A stretch of 63,975 nt of DNA, the filler included, from Octopus bimaculoides (lineage: Eukaryota): NCBI RefSeq assembly GCF_001194135.2. It is 4 parts of 3 records of this genome, joined end to end, with 100 filler letters (N's around TTAATTAATTAA, not from the genome) between each part and the next. Parts side by side here need not be neighbours in the genome. Positions count along the whole stretch, not along the records: positions 1 to 22,223 come from NC_068985.1; positions 22,324 to 36,608 come from NC_068985.1; 2 more parts are not named here. One strand, given 5' to 3'. Each line of letters opens with the position of its first letter. Positions within the stretch are counted from its first letter, which is position 1. The notes beneath the pieces are model-generated. The model searched no databases, was not told the DNA's origin, and saw only the letters and a program-made list of their open reading frames with translations. Both the position numbers and the translations under genes were made by a program. This document shows positions 12,172 to 24,990 of this stretch, piece after piece.

Positions 12172-12272
12172 TTTAAGGCAGTGAGCTGGCAGAATTGTTA
12201 GCATGATATTTCATACATCTTTAACGTTTTGAGTTCAATTTCCTCTGAGGTTGACTTCACCTTTCATCTTTT
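12172..12272 (+). mobile_element. SINE family A head
   Basis: AAGGCAGTGAGCTGGCAGAATTGTTAGCATG...TTTTGAGTTCAATTTCCTCTGAGGTTGACTTCACCTTTCATC. Confidence 0.8.
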
Positions 12273-12822
12273 GAAATGTTCGTATTGGTGCTTCCAGCAC
12301 AACTGCCAAGCAGTACAGTTTGTTTCCAAATTTCTGGCAGAGTGAATTGTCATGGTACTTTTTTTTCTCACAGATGGTGCCCAACTCACCCTACTATACT
12401 GTGTAGTTGACAAAATCAAAAGCAAACAATGTGCATGCATGAAATTAGGAATATAATATGGTGACAATTTACTCATCGCACCATGTGGTGTATANNNNNN
12501 NNNNNNNNNNNNNNNNNNNNNNNNNNNNNNNNNNNNNNNNNNNNNNNNNNNNNNNNNNNNNNNNNNNNNNNNNNNNNNNNNNNNNNNNNNNNNNNNNNNN
12601 NNNNNNNNNNNNNNNNNNNNNNNNNNNNNNNNNNNNNNNNNNNNNNNNNNNNNNNNNNNNNNNNNNNNNNNNNNNNNNNNNNNNNNNNNNNNNNNNNNNN
12701 NNNNNNNNNNNNNNNNNNNNNNNNNNNNNNNNNNNNNNNNNNNNNNNNNNNNNNNNNNNNNNNNNNNNNNNNNNNNNNNNNNNNNNNNNNNNNNNNNNNN
12801 NNNNNNNNNNNNNNNNNNNNNT

Positions 12823-12873
<51 letters not shown>

Positions 12874-12888
12874 GATACATACATATAC

Positions 12889-12925
<37 letters not shown>

Positions 12926-13405
12926 GGGAGAGACCCCAATATTTATATAATAAAATATAAGCAATAAAGCAAAATATGTTACACATTCATACTTACGCTT
13001 ATAGATACATTTTCACATATATAGATATTGTTTATGAAAAATGCTAATAATATGAAAACAATTTGTGAATGATTAAATCCGTGTAATAATGTATTTCTTG
13101 CTCATATAAGCTTACATATAAACATATAACATATATATTAGAATTTATAGATGCTATTACATACTTAAATAGAGATCACATGTTAACTTAATCTTGATAT
13201 TTCAATTGCTGAAAAAGTTTACAAACCTGCAAGCTGATGTTCATAAATAGATTGATGACTGCATTCACATAAAAGCATGCATACATACATATACATACAT
13301 GCATACATACATACATACATACATACATACATACAGGCATTCATACATATGCATATATACATACATATATATATAAGTGCATATATCTATGCATGTTTGG
13401 GAGTG

Positions 13406-13450
<45 letters not shown>

Positions 13451-15804
13451 GCTTGTGCATGGATGAACACATATATGGCCACTTGTACTCATATAGGCAT
13501 TCCACAAAACTTACTATGCAAACAAAATTTGCATACATATACACATACAATCGTACAAACATGCATGCATATATACATACACGCATACATGTATACATTT
13601 TCAGACACATGCACATATACACACACTTAATTATGATAAATATGTATGCATTTGTAAGTGGAGGATTTGTATTAATAAAATTATGCTTGCTTTAGTACAG
13701 GCTGAAAATGAATTTGGGTAAAAATGAACAGATGTATACTTAATAAATTTAGTTACAATTTAAGTATTTCAAAGGATTAACATAGCGAGATTAGAGGAAT
13801 ATTGACATGTGATAGTTGGAGTATTCTTGATTACAACAACAATAAAGCTTTCCATCACAATAAACATCCAAACAAAATCATTGACAAACATAAGAAAAAA
13901 TATATATATAAACCTTCATATACACAATCATTAAAATATCTCGTTTTATATAAAATTTTCCCTTAGATCATTTCTCATCTTCTTTGAAATTCTAAGAGGA
14001 AAGTGTTTTATTGTTGCTCTTATTTGTATTGTCTTTTAGAACATAAATGTAACAATCGTAGAAAAATATATATATATAAAAAAACAACAAAAACAACAAA
14101 TATCCTTCAGAATTAAAAGCTATTCAAAAATCTTCTCAAAGAATATTTCCTTTTTACACATTCCATTCTTATACCATGTAGCAAAAGATGGGAAGTAAGG
14201 GAGATAACTATAACTTTGTTATTTAAAATTTTGTTTTGTTTGTTATTTAAATAATGTTAAATCTTTATATATTTCCAATATCATTTTGTAGCTTGCAGAT
14301 TTTAATTTCCTCATGATTAAAATGTAGAATATTTGTATTTTCATTCACCTACTTTAAGACATCTTTAATCATATTCTGTTAATTTATTTACTTGGTGTTT
14401 CATAATTCATTTAAAACTAATACCACACTGAAGGTGAGCAAAGCGACAATTATTGTTATCAATATTATTATTATTATTTTTTAGCTAATAACTATATTTA
14501 TGGTGCTCTATATTTGATATTATCCAGATAAAGTATAATAAGTTTGAATTTGAAAAACATAAAATAACAACATAAATAACACAAAATGTATGAAATTTAA
14601 TTATTTGAAATCTAAAATAAATAAATTTATAAACATTTCTTTCTGAAATTTTGATTACAAAATACATTTTTATACAATTATTACAGATAAGAGCCTTTAT
14701 AATAAGTGAAGCAGATAACATTATATGAACAAAGTTTTCATTATCTCTAATCAGTCGTTATGTTAAAGGTTTATCAAACATTCAAATTATATATTATTCG
14801 TAATGTTTATTGCACTGTTTTATTTCATGCCACACCTTTCTAGGAAAACAACAGATGGAAGAATCTCTATGTGGTCTAACAACCTGCTAGAAATAACTAC
14901 CAAATTGATCATAATCCAACTCTGCTGTCTTGAAATGAAATACAGAACATGGCATGCACAAAGTTAGAAAGGAAAATGAAAAAACAAAGAAGACATAACT
15001 GGATGGTCAAAGTTGGAGTGCTTGGTAACAGGTTTGCAGCACCAAGCCTGACCTGGAGAAAAAACAACAACACCAATGGGTGGTTGATTGGCAGAATGTC
15101 AGATTACCATTTGTAATGTTATGGCTTTTATCCTTCCACCAATGCTACAAAGAAGACAATGACATACATATGTACACACACACACACAAAGACAGACAGA
15201 CACACACACACACACACACATACACATTTATTTATTTACATTCTTCCAAAGCCTCAATAATTTTGCTCTTGTTTAGTGCCAACCAAACCCTGATCAAATA
15301 GAATTATGGTAAAAAATAATCCACCTATGACCATCCCATCTTTACAGTGGTATGTAGGATTCTCCAATGTACCTTTTACTCTCTAAAATTGGAGGGTGAG
15401 ATTTTGGGGGAAAGTTGAAGCAATATTGTTTAGCTCTGTGTTCGTGCCATGAAGAAGATGATTTATAAATCGATTCTGCATCAAAATGGAAACTGGTCTA
15501 AATCAGAAAATATTCCTAGGGCATACCAGTAGACTAAAGATAGATGACAGCTAAGTGATTCGAGATAAAGTAGAATAAAATGATTAAACCACAAACACAA
15601 TGAAGTACCCATAGCATATTGGAACACAAAACATATGAGCATAGAATCATCACTACTTTGTGTTAAACCATCTCACCCCTACACAGAAAATCCATTTCCA
15701 ATTCACACCAATTTAATATTGACAGCTTACTGGTGCAAACTGTTGGAGTACGCTATGAATAAAGACTTAGCAAAATGAGTTCCAGTCCTAGTACTTAAAA
15801 CTAT

Positions 15805-16035
15805 CATCATTGTCATCATCATCATCATCACCACCACCACCATCATCATCATCATTATCATCATCATCATTAACATTTAATGTCCATTTTCCATGCTGGC
15901 ATGGGTTAGACGCCTTGACAGGAATAAGACCAGAAGCTACACCAGATTCCATAGTCTATTCTGGTTTGGTTTCTATGGCTGGATACTCTTCCTAATGCCA
16001 AATGTAATGGGTACTTTTTATGTGGCACCAATACT
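15805..16035 (-). mobile_element. SINE-like repeat with a (GAT)n tail (RTE-type 3' end)
   Basis: (CAT)n followed by TTTAATGTCCATTTTCCATGCTGGCATGGGTTAGAC...GGCTGGATACTCTTCCTAATGCC, a motif typical of RTE-mobilised tails as recalled. Confidence 0.6.
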
Positions 16036-16539
16036 AATAAGATAAAGAGAATACCATTCAAGAGCATTCTCCCTTGAAAATCTTGTGAGCTTAATCTTAG
16101 AGGATGACCAGGAGTTATTGAGTCAAAAAGTAGGTATTTATGCAGTCATTTGGACTGCCAAAAATAGCAACAACATGCTTGTTTTGGAAGGTAAAAAAGT
16201 AGACAGATTCGATATGATCCTGAAGTCTAATCTGACAGAAAAAGAGAGTATGTTCTCAACTGGAATATTTGTGGTCATAAGTCTACTGAATCAGGTTTGA
16301 CCTGAGGCTCAACAACAAAAGAAATGCAATTAGAAATTATGTCTAAGATGATGTTGATCTTTAAGCACTGAAGTTGTTAGAAATGGCAATAGATTACTAG
16401 CTGTGATAAAACATCATGACAATTACTGAGAGATTGATTGCACAGGATCTGACTGCTTACTTGCTTTCTCTTCTGCGTTCTGGCATCCTGCTATGGGAAG
16501 TGAAAAGCTGAAACACTTGGGTGCTTGCATATGGACTTC

Positions 16540-16672
16540 CTATTCCTTGGTCTAACACAGTTGTTTCTGGGTCATAAAGGACATATTTCTTTCTAGTGGC
16601 ACGAGACTGGATTTGAACCAAGATTCCTCACAGCTGGAACAAAACTCACTCTAATCATTGCGCTAAATCACT
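16540..16672 (-). mobile_element. Degenerate tRNA-derived SINE head
   Basis: Minus strand reads TAGCGCAATGATTAGAGTG...GGTTCAAATCC (A-box-like and B-box-like motifs). Confidence 0.5.
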
Positions 16673-16684
16673 GATTTGAATGCT

Positions 16685-16815
16685 ACATTATTTATCAATC
16701 CTGATGTGTTAAAAAGAAAAGTTGACCTTGAGCCTTCAGTTGATTTGAATTCAGAACTCACAGAGCTAGAGTAAATATTGCACACCATCAAATCCAATAG
16801 TCTAACAATTCCACT
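16685..16815 (-). mobile_element. Degenerate SINE family A
   Basis: TTATTTATCAATCCTG...AAAGTTGACCTTG...GATTTGAATTCAGAAC. Confidence 0.55.
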
Positions 16816-17264
16816 AATCTACTGATCTGGACTGGCACTTCATATATTGGTTCCCCTACCCCCAACAGTAATGGTTAGTTTGACAGATTTTTTAACACAG
16901 CTGTTGCCTCACAAATTTTTCTAACAAATCTTTGGTATTCTGAGACTGTGGCAGACACATGTACAGTGAGACTGTTCAAAATCAGACATAGTTATGTAAT
17001 TAATAACTTTGATTTAAACTGATGTGTGAATAATATGGATACCAGAATAATATGGCAAATTTGTGCGTTTTCACATATTATATGAAAACAATGGCTTAAC
17101 TGGCAGAAACTTCGAAGTCACTGTCAATAAAATTCTTGTTTAAGAATTATACATTTGTACTCTCCAAAAGTATACAGTAACCCATCAGATTAATGTAAAA
17201 TTGTTTCTATTTTAACTGAGCATGAAAGCAAACACATGCATATATATATATATATATATATATA

Positions 17265-17430
17265 CAATTTTTTTTTTCTCCGTGTTTTTCTCCTTGTCTC
17301 CGTATTCTTTCTGTTGAAGAGTGTAGCTCGAAACGTCAAAGGCTTTCCGTATTCCCGAGCGTCATACTAATATATCCTTTTGTTATTTACACCACCTGTC
17401 CTCGTCTGTTGTTATTATTTGTATATTCTC

Positions 17431-17432
<2 letters not shown>
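17265..17432 (+). mobile_element. Short Penelope-like (pLTR-type) element between (TA)n tracts, with a hammerhead-like motif
   Basis: Flanked by (TA)n on both sides. Contains CTGTTGAAGAGTGTAGCTCGAAACGTC. A partial relative lies at about 560-620 on the minus strand. Confidence 0.55.
17306..17342 (+). ncRNA. Minimal type I hammerhead ribozyme-like motif (A6U core variant)
   Basis: Stem I TCTTT/AAAGG; core CTGTTGA plus an extra A; stem II GAGT-GTA-GCTC; GAAAC; GTC triplet. Confidence 0.5.
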
Positions 17433-17466
<34 letters not shown>

Positions 17467-18206
17467 TGTGTGTGTGTGTATATATATACATATGTGTATG
17501 TGTGTGTGTGTGTGTGTGTGTATTTGTATAGATATGTGTGTGTATGTGAGTATACATAGATAGAAAGATATATACATTAGTAAAAATATACATAACATCA
17601 GCATATATAAACATATACACCCACACAAGCCCTTATCTATATATCACTGCAAACACATATGCATATATACGTACATATCCATACACAGGGCAAATCATAA
17701 GGTAGATGAATTCATTTATGTATATATGTATATATATATATATATATATATNNNNNNNNNNNNNNNNNNNNNNNNNNNNNNNNNNNNNNNNNNNNNNNNN
17801 NNNNNNNNNNNNNNNNNNNNNNNNNNNNNNNNNNNNNNNNNNNNNNNNNNNNNNNNNNNNNNNNNNNNNNNNNNNNNNNNNNNNNNNNNNNNNNNNNNNN
17901 NNNNNNNNNNNNNNNNNNNNNNNNNNNNNNNNNNNNNNNNNNNNNNNNNNNNNNNNNNNNNNNNNNNNNNNNNNNNNNNNNNNNNNNNNNNNNNNNNNNN
18001 NNNNNNNNNNNNNNNNNNNNNNNNNNNNNNNNNNNNNNNNNNNNNNNNNNNNNNNNNNNNNNNNNNNNNNNNNNNNNNNNNNNNNNNNNNNNNNNNNNNN
18101 NNNNNNNNNNNNNNNNNNNNNNNNNNNNNNNNNNNNNNNNNNNNNNNNNNNNNNNNNNNNNNNNNNNNNNNNNNNNNNNNNNNNNNNNNNNNNNNNNNNN
18201 NNNNNN

Positions 18207-18430
18207 TGTGTGTGTGTGTGTGTATATGTTTGTGTGTCTGTGTTTGTGCCCCAACATTGCTTGACAACCGATGCTGGTGTGTTTACGTCTCTGTAACTAG
18301 CGGTTTGGCAAAAGAGACCAATAGAATAAGTACTAGGCTTACAAAGAATAAGTCCTGGGGTTGATTTGCTCGACTAAAGGCGGTGCTCCAGCATGGCAAC
18401 AGTCAAATGACTGAAACAAGTAAAAAAAGT
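18207..18430 (+). mobile_element. SINE family B, 3' half
   Basis: GTGCCCCAACATTGCTTGACAACCGATGCTGGTGTG...GGCGGTGCTCCAGCATGGCAACAGTCAAATGACTGAAACAAG. Confidence 0.85.
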
Positions 18431-18436
18431 AGAAGA

Positions 18437-18486
<50 letters not shown>

Positions 18487-18756
18487 CACCTAAAAATACA
18501 TTACATCAGGCACATATTTCATAGGTATACATGCACCTAAGTTACATGTATACATGTACAACTTAATATGTATGTATGTATGTATGTATATGCGCACACG
18601 CAGATATTCACAGATTTATTTCCATTCCATTGCATGTTCATATCAAATGATTGCCTGCCAGTTGGTTGTAAACAACAATTAAGTTTTGTGGACCATGTTA
18701 CATTGTCAACATTGATGCTTAAATTCAACGATTTTTCTTTGTTTTAATAACTTCAG

Positions 18757-18808
<52 letters not shown>

Positions 18809-20361
18809 AGGAACATCCTCATGAACAACCGCAACATTTGTTTTATACCTATTAATCTATTGAACCCTTTCAAAAAGGTAATGGTTAGCTAGACGATTTA
18901 GTAGTGCCAAATTAATTGCAAGAATTATGTCTGTCATATATTTATATAATTATTGATTTATTTTGTTATGTACTTTACAATTGTTATTGCTGTTGTTGCT
19001 CTTGTTGTTGTCTGTAGTAGTGGTCTTTGTTCTCAGCGTTGTGCATTATAGGTTGAATTGTTCTGTCAGTTAAAGTAGATGATTCATAGGGTCTAAAGAT
19101 AAACAAACATTCATCCGATATATCACTATAAATTTTCATATGTGCTGTAATACGTATCAGATTTATATCATATGAAAACACATCATGAAAATATGCTTGC
19201 TTGCTGTGAGAGCATGTGTGTGTACGTGTATGTGTGTGTGTGCATATGTATATGTATAGGGAGAGAGATACAGATATGTATGTATGAATGTACATGTACA
19301 TATGCACATACACATACATATATATTTACACATACACACACACACACATATATATATACTTATAAGTACATACAAGTATATATATATATATACTTGTATG
19401 TATGTATGTATATATATGCATGTATATATATANNNNNNNNNNNNNNNNNNNNNNNNNNNNNNNNNNNNNNNNNNNNNNNNNNNNNNNNNNNNNNNNNNNN
19501 NNNNNNNNNNNNNNNNNNNNNNNNNNNNNNNNNNNNNNNNNNNNNNNNNNNNNNNNNNNNNNNNNNNNNNNNNNNNNNNNNNNNNNNNNNNNNNNNNNNN
19601 NNNNNNNNNNNNNNNNNNNNNNNNNNNNNNNNNNNNNNNNNNNNNNNNNNNNNNNNNNNNNNNNNNNNNNNNNNNNNNNNNNNNNNNNNNNNNNNNNNNN
19701 NNNNNNNNNNNNNNNNNNNNNNNNNNNNNNNNNNNNNNNNNNNNNNNNNNNNNNNNNNNNNNNNNNNNNNNNNNNNNNNNNNNNNNNNNNNNNNNNNNNN
19801 NNNNNNNNNNNNNNNNNNNNNNNNNNNNNNNNNNNNNNNNNNNNNNNNNNNNNNNNNNNNNNNNNNNNNNNNNNGCGGTGGTGGTGGAAATGGAGATGGT
19901 GTTGGTGGTGATTGGATAATAAAAGGTATATTTTTAAAATTGAACTAAGTTTTTTTTATATCTATCACTTAACGCATGCGCATCGGTTCAATTTCGTGAA
20001 ATATTCAAGCTTATTTACGTGGCAGATATATGCAATTTAACTAAAGGTTGTATCATATGTACGGGATAATTTTTTTTATGGGGAAAATGGAAAAATATTT
20101 ATTTTATGAGTGCTGTGTATTACGTCTATAAAATTGTACATAAAGTATATAAAGTGCATATATATAAAGTGCGTTAAGTAATCATTGTATTCCAATTTCT
20201 TTCACTTTTCAATGAGTAACAGATGAGCGACTACGTTTTCATACAGACACAACACAGGCTACGCTTACATATCTTTTGGATAAAGCTTTCAGAAATAACC
20301 TAAGTTTACCTATTCTGTGAGATGTTCAAGGGTCTTGCTAGTTACTATTATTCCACTTAGG

Positions 20362-20580
20362 AAAGGCGGCGAGCTGGCAGAATCATTAGCACGCTAGGCA
20401 AAATGCTTAGTGGCATTTCGTCAATCTTTACGTTCTGAGTTCAAATTCTGTTGAGGTCGACTTCGTCTTTTATTCTTTCGGAGTCGATAAGTTAAGCACT
20501 AGTTGAGTACTAGGGTCAATATAATCAACTTAACCCCCACCCCCACCCAGAATTACAGGCCTTAAGCCTATAGTATAAAT
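20362..20580 (+). mobile_element. SINE family A, full length
   Basis: AAGGCGGCGAGCTGGCAGAATCATTAGCAC...GAGTTCAAATTCTG...GGCCTTAAGCCTATAG followed by a TTATTAT tail. Confidence 0.87.
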
Positions 20581-20974
20581 TATTATCATTTCACTTAGGC
20601 ATAGTGATATTAATAACGTGGTGTTATAACTCAGTATACATATGCTTCAGAAGCAAGCATCAGTTGAGTAGAGAGCAGTCATAAGAAATTACATATATGA
20701 CAAAGGAGTAAGAAATTATGTCATGAAGTTCATCAGCTTATAGCTGTTTCTGTTATAAGATGCAATGCACTCATAGGTGAAAGCTTGTGTATCAACCCAT
20801 AGATTCATCGGAGCTTCAAACATGAAGTGTAATTTTATTTGGGAAAGAATTTACATTTATGTATACACACATAAAAACATTACCAACAGAAAAAAAATAC
20901 ATATGTAAGAAGTGAATTTTGGAGTTTGATGGGGAGAAGCCCTTCCTAGAAGTAGAAGAGATAAAATTTACCTA

Positions 20975-21018
<44 letters not shown>

Positions 21019-21149
21019 CGTAGATATATGAAGAACTGTTATGAGAAGTAAGAAAGACAAATTAAAAAAATGGTCTTTCCAGTACGGTAGTAATAAATTA
21101 TGTGGTTAGGCTTCAACATTACACATACACACACACACACGTGTGTATG

Positions 21150-21365
21150 TGTGTGTGTGTTTATGTTATATTTGTTCCCCACCACCACTACTTGACAACC
21201 GGTGTTGGTTTCTTTACATCCCGGTAACTATATCGTTCGGCAAAAGAGACCAACAGGATAAGTGTCACACTTACAAATAAAAAAACAAGTACTGGGGTCT
21301 ATTTGTTCGACTTATATCTTTCAAGGTGGCGTCCCAGCATGGCCACAGTCTAATGACTGCAACGA
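21150..21365 (+). mobile_element. SINE family B, 3' half
   Basis: CTTGACAACCGGTGTTGG...TTCGGCAAAAGAGACC...CCCAGCATGGCCACAGTCTAATGACTG. Confidence 0.8.
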
Positions 21366-21542
21366 GCAAAAGATATACAAACACACGTACACACACATAT
21401 ACGCATACATGCATAATACATACATACATACATACATAATACATACATACATACATATATACATACATACATACATAAATACATACATACATGCGTACAT
21501 ATTTATATATATATTTATACATACATATATACATACATACAT

Positions 21543-21573
<31 letters not shown>

Positions 21574-21881
21574 AATATATGTATAAACATACACATGGAG
21601 GTGTATTTTGATATACGTAAGATAAAAGACCACGAAACACATATCTGATTATAACATCTGACAATTAGAGTTGAAGAAAGACAATGTTTACAATGTAATC
21701 AGGAAAACATTTGTGTTATAACATAATAGGAAGAAAAAAGATCATATAACCTTTCTTCATGTATCGGCTATCATTGTGGAGGAGTCTGGTCTGGCGTTGA
21801 ACTGGAATAGGAAGGTGTAACAAAAATGTCATATCTAAGAACCCAAGAAGAATATTATGACGAAAACATCGATAAAAAAAA

Positions 21882-21939
<58 letters not shown>

Positions 21940-22223
21940 GGAGTCAATGAACTAGATAGGATACAACATACACAAATGAAAGAAAAAATAAAGAAAGAGT
22001 ACTATAGACGAGTTAGATCAATACTAAAAACAGAGCTCAATGCTAAAAACAAGATAATGGGTATCAACACTTTAGTTGTCCCAGTTATAAGCTACAGCTA
22101 CAACATCCTTAACTGGACACTAAACGAACTATCTAAAATAGACAGGAAAACAAGAAAAATAATGACAGGATATAGGATGCACCACCCAAAATCTGACATA
22201 GAAAGGCTATATATACAGCGCAC
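21940..22223 (+). mobile_element. 5'-truncated R4/Dong-clade non-LTR retrotransposon, runs into a gap
   Basis: Uninterrupted frame GVNELDRIQHTQMKEKIKKEYYRRVRSILKTELNAKNKIMGINTLVVPVISYSYNILNWTLNELSKIDRKTRKIMTGYRMHHPKSDIERLYIQR, starting immediately after (ATA)n. Confidence 0.88.
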
Positions 22224-22323
22224 NNNNNNNNNNNNNNNNNNNNNNNNNNNNNNNNNNNNNNNNNNNNTTAATTAATTAANNNNNNNNNNNNNNNNNNNNN
22301 NNNNNNNNNNNNNNNNNNNNNNN

Positions 22324-22361
<38 letters not shown>

Positions 22362-22579
22362 TGTGTGTGTCTCTCTCCGTGTGTGTGTGTGTATATGAAT
22401 ATATTTTTATGTATAAATATGTGCATGTATGTGTATGTATGTATATAATTGGAATCTATTGATTAGATCGAAACAGATCAAAGCTGAAGCACACCGTGCA
22501 TAATAATAATAAGGCAAACTGACACAAATCAATGGCTAAACAATCCACTCAGGTAATGAATGAACCAGGTAATGAAGGA

Positions 22580-23405
22580 ACTAGTTATCTTTAATTAAAA
22601 AAATATCTTATTTACCCAAGTTTTAACATCATCTTCTTCAAAATAGTTACCTTGCACAGTAATACACCCGTCCCAGCGTTTCTGCCACTTTTGGAATCCG
22701 GCCTGGAACCTGTTTTCCGTAAGTGAGTCGAGGTCCTTCTGCGGTTCGCTCTTGATCTCGATAGTGGTATTAAAACCGTGACCTTTGAGCTGCATTTTCA
22801 TCTTGGAGAATAGATGGAAGTTCGCGATAGCATGTTGTTTTGGAGGGAGACTCACGGCATAGAAGTCGGTAACAGCCTGAATTGTCGTCGTGATGAATTC
22901 AATTCTTCTGGCTCCACAGATCCGGTCGCCTTCGCCGAATGCCCTACCTCAAACGCTTCAAAACGTAGCAGTAGAACTCTCGATTGACGGTTTGGCCGTA
23001 TAATGCATAATATTGTGAATGTAAAAGAAAAAATGATGGGCATGCACTTGACTGAGCTGCAGCTCTGACGTGCCTTTTTCAGTTGTGGAGATGAAAGGTG
23101 CTTCCCTTGTGACGACTGATTCTTCGTCATCATAACCTTGGCAAAGCATGCTTAATATCTCTGTAACAGGCTTTCCAAGTTTATCGCAAAATTTCACGTT
23201 GGCCATTGGTTCCTACTTCCTGTCCATGGCAAAATTTACAGACTACAGCATGCACAGGATCACAAGACATAAATTGCACACAGCAATTTCACTCGGCACA
23301 CTGACTCATGACAGTTACTGCTAGCTCTCACTGCACTCGCAAACGTGTGCTGCCATCTGATAGCGAACTACAGAACTAGTCTGGGAACTTTTTCATACAA
23401 CCTCG
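22580..23405 (-). mobile_element. Mariner transposon, internally deleted and frameshifted
   Basis: 5' TIR CGAGGTTGTATGAAAAAGTTCCCAGACT after TA (23406-23407). Remnants MANVKFCDKLGKP, KKARQSCSSVKCM and FHLFSKMKMQLKGHGF...FQKWQKRWDGCITVQGNYFE. The second TIR is not recognisable. Confidence 0.9.
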
Positions 23406-24054
23406 TATATAATACTTTGAGATTAAGTAAATAAGAATGGAAGGTAAAAATATGAGGTGTATATTTTAAAAAGGGGCAGAAATTTACATGTAAAAAATCA
23501 TGTGACAAATAAAAGAGAAATGACTTTAGTAAAGTAACTGACTGGCAGAAAGGATAAAAGAAATCAAGCACTCAATTAGTTAATTAGTAATTTTGTTACT
23601 TTGTGTAATGATAATAAAGAAGTAAAGTAGAACCAATGATTGTCCTCTTGGTGACGTGCCGTTCTCAAGAAAATCATCTATGTGTGTGCGTGATTGTAAG
23701 TGTTTCTCTTTGTATATATGTGTCTGAGAGTGTGTAGTAGCTAATAAATATGTAATGTAACTCGTATTCCTTGACGATTTGTATGTAAATACACACCCAC
23801 ACATAACACACACATACCTACACACACACACACACGCACACACACCCTCTTTCTCACATATGTGTCTCTGTGTGTGCGTTTGAGCGTTCATGCGTGCATC
23901 TGTGTCAGGGAAAAAATAAAGTTAATGTACACATTTATTCAATATTAATGAAATAATTATCTTAATGTGTTGATAACACTATCAGGAGACAGTACACTGC
24001 TTCTAAAATTGTGTGTGTGCGTGTGTTCGTGCGTGCGTGCCCATGTGACGCGTG

Positions 24055-24100
<46 letters not shown>

Positions 24101-24110
24101 NNNNNNNNNN

Positions 24111-24151
<41 letters not shown>

Positions 24152-24160
24152 TTATACATA

Positions 24161-24260
24161 CGAAGGTGTGGTGAAAAGGTCTTGCTTTTAGCAGACCAGT
24201 TAATCATGATTTTATTCAACATATTCCCCTGTAAAAAAAACTCGGGAGGTTGGGCATCTA
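24161..24260. mobile_element. Possible mariner end remnant
   Basis: TA followed by CGAAGGTGTGGTGAAAAG, a TIR-like start, then TTTTATTCAACATATTCCCC. Confidence 0.3.
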
Positions 24261-24873
24261 GCCAGGTCATTCGTGATAACATTAACTCTAGGATATTTTC
24301 TGCACCCCATATCCATATCCAGGAACAGGAGATTTGTATGGTACACCTTATAAACAAAGAGACAGTGAAGCCGTTGGAGTTTGAAGATGCAACCGTAAGA
24401 GACATTATGTCATAAATCCGTTTTAAATTCTCCCAGTAGCCCCAAAACCTTTGAGATGACAGTTACTTTCGTCACTGCATACAATCGTAAAACTTCATCT
24501 TTTTTGTGTTTGCTACCTTTCAGCATCTCCTTCTTTTTTATCATTCACTCGTATATCCCTAGTGAAAGTAATGTTCAACATCTTGGTGCCCTCCATCATT
24601 TTATTCACCTACAATAATGACTGGTCACTGAGCACCAATCACTGAATAGCACGAGATCGTAAAATCCCACGACATCTTATACCAATTACTCTCGTTGACG
24701 CCTTCTAGTTTATTCTCATACCTTTTAAGTATTCTTTCAAGAATATAACACTCGCAGAATCTCTAAGGGACAGTTAGCTACATTCTCATGCCTCTATTAG
24801 TATTTTGTGAGGCTATTTACATAGATCACTCAAAATATGTGAGACTGTTGTTGTTGTTGTTATNNNNNNNNNN

Positions 24874-24914
<41 letters not shown>

Positions 24915-24918
<4 letters not shown>

Positions 24919-24990
24919 CTCGCCTTAGAGAAGGCGGAGGTATTGTTTTCAGTCGTGTTTGTTTCGTTGTCCGCGGACAAGATAATAATG
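24915..24990 (+). mobile_element. Helentron/HINE-like 5' fragment
   Basis: CTCGCCTTAGAGAAGGCGGAGGTATTGTTTTCAGTCGTGTTTG, near-identical to 3571-3615. Confidence 0.7.

Noticed and set aside
18610-18728. Protein-like minus frame NLSINVDNVTWSTKLNCCLQPTGRQSFDMNMQWNGNKS
   Set aside because: No plausible splice acceptor, an in-frame stop five codons upstream and no recognised homologue.
22224-22323. TTAATTAATTAA embedded in N-runs, also at 36653-36664 and 59256-59267
   Set aside because: Each is exactly 44 N + 12 nt + 44 N = 100 nt, and the 12-mer gives stop codons in all six frames. It is an artificial scaffolding spacer, not biology.
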